From assembly GCA_040954595.2 (NCBI GenBank), contig CM082593.2, forward strand, positions 4,295,434 to 4,359,433: a DNA stretch of 64,000 bases, in the 5' to 3' direction. Within the stretch, counting starts at the first letter, position 1; each line of letters starts with the position of its first letter. The position numbers and the translations under genes are program-made. Origin of the DNA: Balanoglossus misakiensis. Its lineage: Eukaryota; Animalia; Hemichordata. The notes beneath the pieces were generated by a model. That model was not told the origin of the DNA and made no database searches. It saw only the letters and a program-made list of their open reading frames with translations. Shown one piece after another: positions 30,624 through 43,124 of this stretch.

Positions 30624-33600
30624 TGTTGTAATTTAAGGCTAAAGAAAGGAAATTTCTCAACTTTGTAACTTGAAGTAGAATCAAGAAGGGCTGACAGTGT
30701 GAAATTTAACACAAAATATAAAAACCTAAAAAGAAATGAAAAAAACCTAGAATATGAAACAATTTCTAGTTGAGCAAGTGCCCCAACAAGAACAGAGCAA
30801 CGCAGGCATAAAAAATAGAACTTTCCTGAATGAAACCATCTTCAGATGTTGTCATTACTGCTCATTTGGATTCGAGTTGCTATGATATGCCTGTAGTGCG
30901 GGTGATTAGCAACGCGCAGTGACGTTCTCAATTAGACTACACATTTTTGGAGAGGTGACTGTTTTTTTATTTCACTCTGAATATGTACACTCTCTTCCAA
31001 CTTTGTCCTTACCTTTACTCCGGGGTCATGATTTAAGATGAAGTTAATTCAGATTAATCAGGCAAGATTTTCTCTTAGTCGAACGCCTAATTGACTATTA
31101 TGTTGTTTTAGTCTTGGCATGCTTTTCCGCCAAAACGCGTCTCCCAATCTACATGTACAAACACATTTACTGGCCATCAATGCGAATATATGTCGACAGC
31201 GCGAGTATAGATGACTCGTGAATAGCCTGTAATTAGGCGTCTCCGAGTCTATTATGGCAGCCTTTTGAGGAATGTGATATTATGAAGAGGTGATACATGT
31301 AGTGTTTCATTGTTGAGAAGGTTCTGAGTAGACATATTTCGGTTAAATTCATTCCTTTGGATAGCTGCACTCTGATGCCTTTCTGTGCATATCTTTTTGA
31401 ATGCAACGATTGGTTGAACTATTATTTAATGCAGTGGAGCAATACGGTAGTCTCAACCAGAATCTGAGAAGAGTTCAAATATTCATTTTAAAATGTTTTG
31501 TGTGTTCCTACTTTGTCTTTGGTGAGAATTATGGCTTTGATAACATTGTCAAGTGATATCATGCATGATTGCCATTTTAGTATTGTCTAAAATATAAAAT
31601 TGCATGTCCGTTGAGTCCCTATTTTTCAAAATAGTTGACAACAATGTTTGCCTTTCTTAAAATTGACTTTAAGACATATGATAGGATTGATTTTGTCATG
31701 CTCATATACTCTGGCGAGAAAATCATTCATAGGTCCCTCGCTTTGGGATTTCATGTGAACAACGAACGGAGGAAATTGTGGCTCAGGTTTCGGTTTACAG
31801 AGAGGGGATAATCCACCAGAGAAAAGCATCATTTTACAGCATTGTAAATAATTTAAAGGCAGTGTCTTCAAAATACACCATCCCTATACACTGCAGTTCA
31901 TTATAAGTAATTGATTTGGTTCGTTATTATGGGATCTCAGGAAACAACTATTGTTTGTGTCCATGGTGTTCTTCTTATTTTGTAATTGATAGTGGAGTAT
32001 TTCATATCCAAAAGAGATCTTTGAGCGACGCCGAACAGCAGTGTTTTTTGGTGTAAACACGGCTAATTGGACGGAGAGGCTTGTAGATGTCAGTAGCGGT
32101 TGGAATTCACACATGCGTAATACATGAAACGGACATAAGTGCATGGTGTTAACCTTCTTCTTTTGTTGTTCCTTCTCAAAATCAATTCCTCTGATGTAGC
32201 TGCAGTGCTTTAAAGGTGTTGGGTTTCAACTTGACCTTGATGGCGGCTCTTGACAGTGCATAACATACATGTATGGCCTGGTTAAACCATATATAGGTAT
32301 ATGTAAATTAGAGGCGTGTGTGGCCAATAACTGAATTTACTTACACTAGACAACAGATTGTCGTAAACGCAACTCAACTCTTGTTCCCTGAATGCATGTT
32401 TGGCAGATAATAAAAGATTCTAAAATCTTAAAGTGCTTTCGATGAAAGTCTTAAAAAATATTCACGGTAGTCACCCTCGCTATCTGAATAATTCTGAACA
32501 CGTTCCACAATATCTCTGACTTGTCGGGCCATATATCACACAGGCATCTGTGAAAACTTGGTGTATTTTCCAACGCACACACTTCACCACCCTCTGTCTC
32601 TTGTAATGTGAGAAACGTGTCAAAGTGGGGAGCCTAGATAAATGGTAAACACATGAAGTTGATATACTTTGCATTGTTAATGATTTTCAAAGCAGCTGCG
32701 TTTGCTTTCAGATGAAACGTCATAGTTATGAGGAATCAAAGAAGGCACACAGAAAAAAACAGCAAAATATTGACGCAGTTGTGCAATATCTGTATTTCTT
32801 GTGTCCGTCGTTTTTAAAAGACGCATATATATATATCCACGCTATTTCCATTATTAGCATCATTTGGCAGTTCAGGCAAAGAATTGGATACATCATTTAT
32901 GAAAAAAGTAACGCTTCTCAAATTTCAACATTTGAAAATAAATTGAGGCTAAATAGGGCTTTTCCTCAACTGAGATTGAATCGTGACGAATACTAGATGC
33001 AACAGAAGCTCGTCAAACACACTGGGCATCGAATGTTTATTATTTCTCGGTGGCAAAGACACTGCTCAAACATTATAGTTCAAATCGTCACAGTGCTCTT
33101 AACAGTCTGGTTAACATATACTATCATAGAATTTTCAATTTTGAAAGTTATTTCATGCAGAGTATGAATTGTTAAATAATTTGTTTTGAAGTGCTGCGAC
33201 ATCATACACACGATAGCGAACCTGCCATGGGCACATCGGCAAGTACGTCAGAATATGAAATATGAAATATGAAAAATTTCAGAGCAAATTTCAATCAACA
33301 CAAAATAAAACCAGATTTCGAGATCACACTATTAGTTTGAATTATTTTATAATTTGTAGCATTTTCACGTAAATAGTATTTTTTTATCAATTGAGTGGGC
33401 GAATGACAGTTCCCAACGACGTGACGTTCATAATTCAACATTTACACTTAAATTAAACGTGGCTGTTACTGAGTGCATGCTGTGCGTATTGTGCCCGCAA
33501 CAGGCATTAGGAAAAGTGACAATTCTGCATTTATTTAATGAATGTAAGTTTTTTCGCTCGTCGAAGCTTTTGTGGACACAGCGGCAGAGCTGTCGGTTAA

Positions 33601-34946
33601 ATATTGTCACTTTTTGACTGACAGCGTATTATAACCTTGTGGTGAAACGTTGAAACCATTGCTAGTACAATGGCATATACACAGAGCTTGAAAGAATAGC
33701 TGTAGAAGTCTACTGGGAGTTGCAATATATCATAGATAGGCGCCCGTGATTCCTTCAGATTGACGTGGCTAGTACAAGTTAATGAGATAGGCCAAGGTCA
33801 TAAAACTGTCATTCTGTTGTCAGGGTGTGAATCTGTTGTGTATATACTTCTGAAACTATGATGACGGACAGAAATCAGTGAAACGGCATGTTAATATATA
33901 TTAATGATTTAGAACATTCTTTCTGTGATAGTTATCGAATGCAGTTGTGTTCTCATTACCAATATATGCCACCTGCATACGTGTCAGGTAAAGTTCACGA
34001 TGGGGGATTAATCTAAATTAAGAAGTTCTGATGGATACACGTAAGAACTAATGTCAAAAGAATTAGAAAGCGTTCTCTATCCATATCTGGATGACTTGAG
34101 GAGCGGATTCGAATCAAGGTTAAGATCTAACGTGGATCAAGACCCTGTTACGTAATTGTACCTTGAAGTATCATCATCATTCACAGAGATTTCCTTGAGG
34201 CGAAGACTGTGTGTGAAATCCAAAATTATCCACCCTTTTTTTTAATCTCGGCTTATATAAAAGTATCACCTATTCAACAGTCACGTTTCCATGGCAACCG
34301 TTATGCCCATCAAATGTACTTACTGCTATCCCAGAATGGTTACACTAATCTATTGAATTGTCACGGTAACAAATCCCACAGTAAGGTAGCTGTTTCTTCG
34401 AACGAAGTATTTTTGACGCTAATGTAATGTAATAACGATAAACTAAATTCGAAAAAAATACACTAGCGTGATCGTTTGAAGCAAGGTACGTCAAGGCTGT
34501 GTCCATTCGTGTGCTACCTCCCACTGGGTTATATTTTCGCTAATATTTTAAATGTGTGAAAGCATGACGTTAGAGGCACAAAGACTCTAAGAAACCAAAC
34601 AAAGTAACAATTGAATACTAAAGTCTCGCTGAAAAATGTACAGACGTGATGAAACAGACAGAATATGACAGAGTAAAGATAGTATCATTAGTCAACAATA
34701 GTATGACTACAGGACATTTTGAAGCAACATTTGTACTAATTTACTCCTAAACTTACATTAAAACCCCCAACTGAAAGCTTTAGAAAACGAATAACCGATT
34801 CGACTAAATCTGTCGGAGAAACTGTGCTACACTTGGGGGAAAGACTTCGAAACTGAATGAACTGCAGCAGACGACGTCTTCCTTTGCGTTTTGAAGATTA
34901 AAGAATCGCGCAGAATGAATTGTAATGTAAGTGTCAAGAAGCGAAT

Positions 34947-34961
34947 GCGCCCTCTAGCGAC
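34947..34961 (-). promoter_or_regulatory. CTCF-like motif
   Basis: Reverse complement GTCGCTAGAGGGCGC resembles the CTCF core. This is a motif match only. Confidence 0.3.
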
Positions 34962-35754
34962 AAATCTTTGATATATTCACCTATACCTACCCACCAAACA
35001 TCCAACCAACCATGTACCTACCTTCCTACCTATCAAAACTCTATTCCTAAAATCCTAAAATAGGCAAACTTGTCATTGCCATCTACATAATGTACATGGA
35101 TCACTAGTATATCACAAGCCTAAAATCTTGTTATTACGAACCGACAAACTATCAGTGTCACAGTTATCAATCACAGCCGAATGGATAAGTCCAGCTCGAC
35201 TGCCAGGGAATGGTGAAATTATTAATTCATGTATTCGATAGAGATTAAAACGAACCGTGCGCGTTATGTTTATCGCTTGGAGGCAAGAATGTATTTCCTG
35301 TTCATTCGGCTCCCGGGGGGCTTCTTGGCTACATTGAAAAGAAATTATCTTGCTGCCTTATCTCGCCACGTCACAAAATGAGGAGTCCTGTGCATTCTAC
35401 TCACATTAGAAAGGTCTACGTCTAGCTCTGCGTGGTTGAATCGTGAGAACTTGACAGGAACGAAACAGCGTTTCCCCCTTCTTCAGTTTCATTATTCCTG
35501 GCAACAAAGAGGAAAAACCTGTTTGCACGTGATAGGTTATCGATTGCACGGCGTATTCTTTGACCCGTAATGGAGTAATGGACAGGCATAGCAGGGTAAC
35601 TCGCTGCTTGATAATCACAATGGTTCATTCCTTCAGGCCATAGTGTCACTTTATGGAAAATGTACGTGTGCAGTGTGCGAGAATTAACTGCAGTGTTTTT
35701 ATACAGCCACGACAGTGTACATTACCTTGCATTTGCGAATAGTAGTGTTGCTAA

Positions 35755-35865
35755 ATACATGTATGCGCATGCATGCACACATGCATATGTACCGTACATG
35801 TACATACACGCGTGCATGCATATACACATACATAAATATATACATATATACGTACCAACATGCAT
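35755..35865. repeat. Alternating purine-pyrimidine low-complexity tract
   Basis: atacatgtatgcgcatgcatgcacacatgcatatgtac..., a decayed (CATA)/(CA) microsatellite. Confidence 0.7.
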
Positions 35866-37499
35866 AGAATACTTTGTCATGCGCTTGTTTGATGTATGAC
35901 CCCCAAACTATTTTCACGTTTTAAAATGTTCAATGCTCAAAATTACAAAAAGGAGCCACGCAAACTCTTAAACATAGTTTGACGTCAGTGCGCGGAAGGG
36001 TCCTGCGAATTTTTGAAAAACAAAACCATCAAACAGATATGCAAATGAGACTAAATGAGACAAAAGCGACGGGTGAATTATTCACGCTGTGCGATATTAC
36101 CTGTTCATGTCGGTTCAGTTAATTTCCCGTGGCGTAAACACATCTTAATCACAGGATCATTTTTTTTCAATCCTCCGTCAGTTCATGCTGTAGTCCAGTC
36201 CTTAAAAAAGCAGCGGGAGTTTTATTTTCCTCAAGGATGTTATTTTGAGAGTAAAGCCAGTCACTGCATCTTATTTGTTAGGAGCATTGTATTAAAATTT
36301 GACTGCTTTATGCATCGCGTTGGTCTAGCTGTTCCGGCGAAATTCAACACAGGCGGGAAATGGACACCTCGTTCAGCATCAGCTTGACTGTTTGCGGTGG
36401 TGCAAATTGTCTTCTATTATCCAAAATCCGTCAAAGTCAGAACGACGTGTGGATTTATATAAATTTAGAGGTTGTCACACAACATGTTTGCTTCCGGTTA
36501 TGATGTAATTGTCAGGAATGAAACTATTTGAAAGATTGTACGTCATTTGATATCATAGAATCTATACCAGTCCTGCCTAGAGACACCGGGCGAAAACAAG
36601 ATATTTAATATAAATAAGAGGCAAGACCTTGTTGTTTTAGTACAAGTCTATACATACTTGATTCATGTGGGACAGTTTTTCAGTGACGACGTTGCAAAGG
36701 AGGCTGGAGACTTAATGGCGTCAAATTTCTGGTGAAAACATCAATTTATTAGTTTAACGCATCTGAGGAAACACGAGGAAAAGCTCTTATCTCCTCTTTA
36801 TCAGACTGTAAATCGACACTTTTGACACCCAAGAAGAGATATATCTCAAAATTGTCTGGAAGAAAACAAGAATATTGATGAATTAAGCTCGAGTACCAGG
36901 GTACGTGAAATAATGCCAAAACCAAATATTTCATCGATGCGTATGATCTAGAAATTTGTCATTCATAAATCAGTAACAAACTCATCCTAAACTACCTTAT
37001 CCCATGACTTCGTGTAAAAATCATTAATAAACATAGACGGCTCATGTTTCATTGGTATGGGGTATGTACTTGCATGTGAATGCAACAGCTAGCTGATCTT
37101 GTCAATTTGCAACATTTTACAGTTTATCTTCAAACGTTTAAAATGAAATGTACTCATGCTTAAAAATTAGGTAGAACACTTATTGGACTGGAACAAACAG
37201 CAAGGGCAAAATACACATACACACAGTAACGAAAAAGGAGCAAATCTCAAATCTTCAGGATTGAAGGCTTCGCGCGTGTGCTTTGCTGACAAATTGATAC
37301 CGCTCGAAATTCTCTATTTTTGCATGTGATTGCGTACGATTATGTACACTCTTCAGAGCTGTACTCACACCTTAATCAGTACGGTCATCCATCCATAAAT
37401 GGTATGGATTCCGTGTCAGCCCAGCGGCATTTCCAGAAATTACAGCTCTCATCTTTTGATCGCTTTCTGCATCACACAGGAAATGACGCCATCTTTGTG

Positions 37500-37800
37500 C
37501 GTCAATCATGACAATTTAAAACATAATCTTTCCAAAAGAACCTCCTCGCAGGCAAAAACTTGAACTTGGAAAGTTGTATGGATATCAAGGCTCTTTGTCT
37601 CAGCTCGCCATCTGATGATGCTGAATTCTTGCTTCCATAGGTTCTTACTTCGTGTTGGGGGGTTTGGTGTTTGAGGTATTTACGACGGTAAGGTTGGTCG
37701 TGGTTATACAATTTAATGTCTTGTTGTCAATCCAAGGCCCATAGGAATGCTAAAAGTTCTTGTTGCATAAGGCACAGCATTATTAATGATCAATGTCATG
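37500..37800 (-). mobile_element. Possible decayed CR1/L2-type LINE ORF2 3' fragment
   Basis: The minus-strand peptide VRTYGSKNS loosely resembles the RTYGxRSF motif at LINE ORF2 C-termini. It is very degenerate. Confidence 0.2.
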
Positions 37801-40800
37801 AACTCTCAGTAAAGTAAAACCAGCCCAGCAGCTAGCCAGTACTCCGTACGTGACTTAAAACTGTGATCAGCGCCATTTCGCTACAGAAAATGGCATATTG
37901 CAGAATTTAAGGGTTTAATGTCAGGGTGTCGCAATGTATTTTGGGTAAAATGTGCTGCTTTTTAACAGGTGAGCTACAGAATAATCTCACAACATATTAT
38001 ACTATTTGTAAATTAATACAATTTGGATGAGTCGGAATTTTTAATTCCTGTTTCATTCTACTTTCAACATAAACCGGCCCATCTCAATGTATTCGCGTTC
38101 CGAAACGCTTGAACATGGTAAGATCGTATTTCGGGAAACACAATACCAAATATAGCCATCTGTTCAATTTGTTCAAAATTGTGTTATTAGTCGACTGAAA
38201 ATGTTCCAGTATAGCCTCTAGATGTAATCAATTTTGAGTAGCAGTTTCCGGTAAACATGGCATCTTCTACGCAAAATTAAAATATTTTATTAACCTTCAA
38301 ATATGATTACGAGAGGAAGTAAAATATCTCCTCGCCCTTTTTGACTTGTGGAGTTATGTGTCGCTTTTATGTTGATGATTTATGTTGGTAGATAAATTGA
38401 GTTGTAAACGGGGAATACACAAGCAACAAAAAAGTAGAATGTACTTGTTCATGGTGCAATTTTTATGGTGTGTCAATATTTGGTTCTTTTCGAAGGCTTT
38501 TATGTCGCCGCTGAAGTATGCAGCGCTGTATCTGCCGTCTGGTCGTCTCACAGTACTTCACTTTTGAGTGCATTGTAACTGAGTATGTATAGGCCGGCGG
38601 TTTATTTTTTCGGTGTCAGTTTAAACCACAGTAATTAAATAATATGTGCAATACAAAAGACATAAATTCGTCAGATTAGCTCCAGGAAAGTGATTGGTAT
38701 GAGACAGCTTTGAAATTGTTAAATGACTGAATGTATCTGTTGTTGCCCCTCCTTCAAGTAAACACAAGTCGAACTACATCAATAACTTGAAGAAGTACAG
38801 ACTTGCTTATTACAAAAACAACACTTCTACAAGTTGGTTTATCAAACAGGTCAATGACCAAAAGATTAGTCAACAGTCATATGACCGTCTACTCAACGAA
38901 TCACTGTCCAAAAATTCTCCCAGGTCCTTTTCAGTCCAATTACTCAAAGGCAGTTCGATACAGATTCTAAACAGTCATAAACAGTCACACTTGAGGGTTG
39001 ATGTGTGATATTGAAAGCTAAAACCTCCGATGGCGCACTTGCCAGCTCGTCAGCCAATCACATTAACCCTGAGCGCAGGATTGTAAACAGGGGTGTTCTT
39101 GGTTTACCCTTATTGTGGAACTTACGCTATCGTATTTGCCGAGTTGAGCTACAAACAAGGGACTTTTGGCAAGCAATTTACATATAAATTAGAAAACCGA
39201 GTAGCCCTGATCCCCTCCAACTGACCTCTAGGTGAAAATAGGGTAAAAAATGTTTGAAGTAAATCGCTCTAGATTTAGTATACTTTCCACTTGAGACATG
39301 CTTGACATCTTTCATCTATCACACCATTTCAATTAGTGGATTCCAATTTTTAAGATAAATAACCGGCAAAAGCTTATAAGATTTACCAACTAATTTGCCG
39401 TTAAGACCCTTTTCGCTGCAAAAGGCAGTTAACCTTATAAGGATCTACATTTCAGACATGTTCACATTCTGAATCATAATTACTATTCAGTCGTAAGTTA
39501 TTCTCAAATTCAATGATTTAGTGTGAGTTACCATCTTTTGCCTTGTAAGTAAAATTGAGAAAAATGTCCCGAATAAATTTGAATTAATTTTCATGTTACT
39601 TCTCAATTGAAGGTTTAAAGTTGACAAATAGTTTGACAAGACCTGTTTTGAGAAACCTTTGAGAAATCCTTCTTGATATGAAATATTCAGGAATGAGTCA
39701 AATTATATATGCACAGTAATATAATACGAGTACATGAATACATGGATGCTTCACAAAAACAAGCAACAAAATGACGTGACCTGTTTCATTTCGCCAATCA
39801 CTCCTCGCTGCTATGAAAATATTTCTTGGTAAAAAAACATTGATAATGTACATTGGGGTTTTGAAGATGGCAGTCTAAAAATGGGAAGTAAAGTTAAAAG
39901 GTTTTCATCACTGAGAGATCACGAGGTTATTGCATATCAACACCGTTACAGCTTGTATTGCTGAAATTTGTGATTTAAATGAAGTGATCGTAAAATTGAG
40001 TGATCCTTTTTTGTGAAATAATGGACAACGATATATCTACTGGGGCTGTAATTTTCTCTGGGCGATAAAGTCTGACTAAAGCTGGTTTCTGCCACTGACG
40101 GCTTCGTTGTGAAATTGGACAGCAATTTAGATTGAAACTGCGTTCACAAAGTAAAGATACATAGTGTTTTCAGTTTAGAAACCCAAAGCTGAAAGAAGCT
40201 TAGTGATCATATGCACAGGCCGCTCGTCACATGGCAACTGTCGTCTGAATTTTGATTTGAGTTGACGGTGTGTCTGATTTTCACAATTAATCTTCAAATG
40301 CGTTTGTGCAAGAAGTAGCTGACAAGCATTCCGTCTTCTGCCAATATTGACGGAAATACTTGTCACCAGCTGCTGAATTCGCATACGTTATTCCTGTTTG
40401 TATTGCAGTCGCCATCTCTTGTACAAATTCAACCTGTCCTTTGAGTTATTCTGGAATATTTATCAAAGGTTAGACGCGTGTTCAATGAGAAAGTGCAATT
40501 AGTAATAAGTCCCGTGTTCCTGCCCAGGAAGTGAGGCGTCGTTCGAAGCCGTATTGGATGCAATGCACGTTGTAATTACAGTTTTAATTTGCCTCGTATT
40601 AGTTTCGTGCATCGTAAAAGGCAGTTGGAAGGTGATGGCAAAGATTCAATGCTACTCACGGGAATAGGCAGCGGATTGATGGCCCCAATCCACGGCACAG
40701 ATAGATATACGACTGTACATCATTGAGATTACGTCGGCATTTACAGTGTGGGCTTTGGATTGCAAAAACCAAGCCACGGAAATATCTGACGTCCTAGCAG

Positions 40801-43110
40801 TTTCTCTTAAAATCTCCGTAGGAATATGATTCGTGTGATTCTGTTATATGGCTTGCAACACAAGTACAGCCTCAAAAATCTCCATTTTTACAAAATAACA
40901 ACCTCACAAAGTATCTTTCATACACTGCACGCTTGTTCTTACAGACAGGGTTCCAGAAAATAAGTTTATTGTACTAAAATATACTTGTGTGGGTGTCACA
41001 GCAGTCAGTGTGATTCACGTATACAGAAAATTCATGTCGTTTCTTATTTCTGTGCACAGAGCACAAAGATAAGGTTACACCTTTGTTGAAATCCCACAAG
41101 GATTGTTGTGTTTTCAAAAAAGAAGATTGGTTAAAATTAGAGCACGTGATATGTGGTAAAGAGTCTAGTGTTTACTAAGGTGGTGAGAAACCTGCAGAGG
41201 AGGTTAAGGTGTTGTTCTTGCATGTTAATGCAGCCGGCCTATTCTATGTACTGTGTATGAATCACGCACGCATAGTCAAATAAACTCATGCTGGCCCTTG
41301 AACTTTCCTGCTAATTGCCTTATTTGTCACCCAGGCCAGGGTTGACTCATCTCGGACTCTGTAGGTAAACAGCAACAGGTGAATGACTTCATGGTTTTAA
41401 AACTAAAATATTAGTGTCTTTATGTATCATTTTGGTAATTTTTTTGTTATTTCGGGACTTGCTATCTTTCTGAATGATACATGCTGAGTTAGTTTCCATT
41501 AGATGTCTTGTGACAATTTATGGGACGTACCAGAAATACGTTATCAATATGTTATGACACATGCATCATGTTGGAAGAGTTACAACAAAACCGAAAATTG
41601 AGCATTTTAGTTATTGAAACAATAAAAATAACATCTCCAGTGTTGATAACAAAACTAAATTCAAGGACTTAAGTGACTGTGATCCTTGAAGAGGTCGTGG
41701 TACATGTGCTATATTTGAAATGTCAGATACCTTGCGGAATAAACTGAACACATCTTTCTAGATACTTAAAAAGAGATTAAGTTCGACCCTGACCACTGTG
41801 TACATGTATATGCTTAGAAGCGAAATGAACAAAACTTATACCACGTTTGATTCTAAATGTAGCCTATACACCAACCCAATGTATTTGCCTATTGTACACG
41901 AAACAATTTTTAAATCTGTACAGCGGATGTAAACTAAACCCAACCGCGAGTCCTTTGCCATCAATCAGTGAGATTTTCAACTGTCGTCACGACTCCAACA
42001 AATCTTAATATTTAGCCGTGCGCTATGCCGCAATCATCAGTTGATTACCCGGCCCCGTGAGGTCCATGATTGGTTGAACGGCATTTACTTTTTTGTTAGG
42101 TAAATTGGGGTCACGCTACAGGTCGGGCACGGTGGGTAAGGTAATTTGGTGTTTCGTTACACCACTCTTGGGTGAAAAATACGAACAGACAGAAGACACG
42201 ATTCAAGGGGAATTATTGAGTGGGCGCCTGTTTGTTATTTCTGTTGTTCAGAATTTACAAAATACGGCATGAAGTCCCATTGAGCATGGCGTAGATAATA
42301 TAAGTTTATACATACTTGTGTGTGTGGAAGTTAATAACTTGATTACATTAAGTATTTCCAGTTTGAAATAATGAAATCATTAAAATATATAATAACAAGA
42401 TGTTACTAACAGAGCATTGACGTTTACAACCCCAAAGTGATGCCTTGCCACATTATACTTGTCATCTTAGTTTGAAACTTCAGTTTCGTCATTCTATTGG
42501 ATTGGAAGGTCCGCTAGACAATCATTTGGAACATCCGCATTACCGAATAACAAGTACACGGCAGCTGAATTTATTTGGCTTTGGAGAATGTGGTCTATGT
42601 CAGGTAGCTCTTGAAGTTGAAACATTAACAAGCTTCTGGGAACAGCACATAGAATGTAGGTCATAAACACAGATTTAGAACAGTAGCAGACTTTGATTTT
42701 TCCCATCAAGAAAATTATTCTATCACATTCTTTATTTTTCATGCCGACTTGTGGGGGCGCTATATACTAGATGGTGCGGATGAATTTGTTATAACTGTCC
42801 ATAGCTGAGACGGACGCAGCTGTATCAAAATTCTACAGCCGTCCACCTTAAAGTAACCTAATCACTTGTTCACGTTTTACATCTACATTGTGAGTGCCCC
42901 TGTAAATCAAACCTTATCGGCAGAAACCACTGACTTGGACACAGTCCCAGCTCCACCCCACAGAAATACGTCTCAGACGCGGCATCTGGTTTTATGGTCT
43001 CTATTTCCGCTAATGTACTACGTCCGTTCCTGTTTACTTCACCGTCATTGTCAGATATCAATCTGTGGACCCTGCGAAAGACTTGCTACAAATCTCCACA
43101 GGCAGTTCTA

Positions 43111-43124
43111 GTCACCATGGCAAC
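43111..43124. promoter_or_regulatory. RFX X-box-like motif
   Basis: GTCACCATGGCAAC. Confidence 0.4.

Noticed and set aside
31076-31251. Short inverted repeat ACGCCTAATT/AATTAGGCGT, a possible old MITE
   Set aside because: Only about 10 bp match clearly and no target-site duplication could be defined.
40409-40468. 60-nt phase 1-1 open exon candidate that could follow the 29563 donor
   Set aside because: The donor is weak (GTTAGA) and the peptide is unrecognisable. Such candidates are expected by chance in 34 kb.
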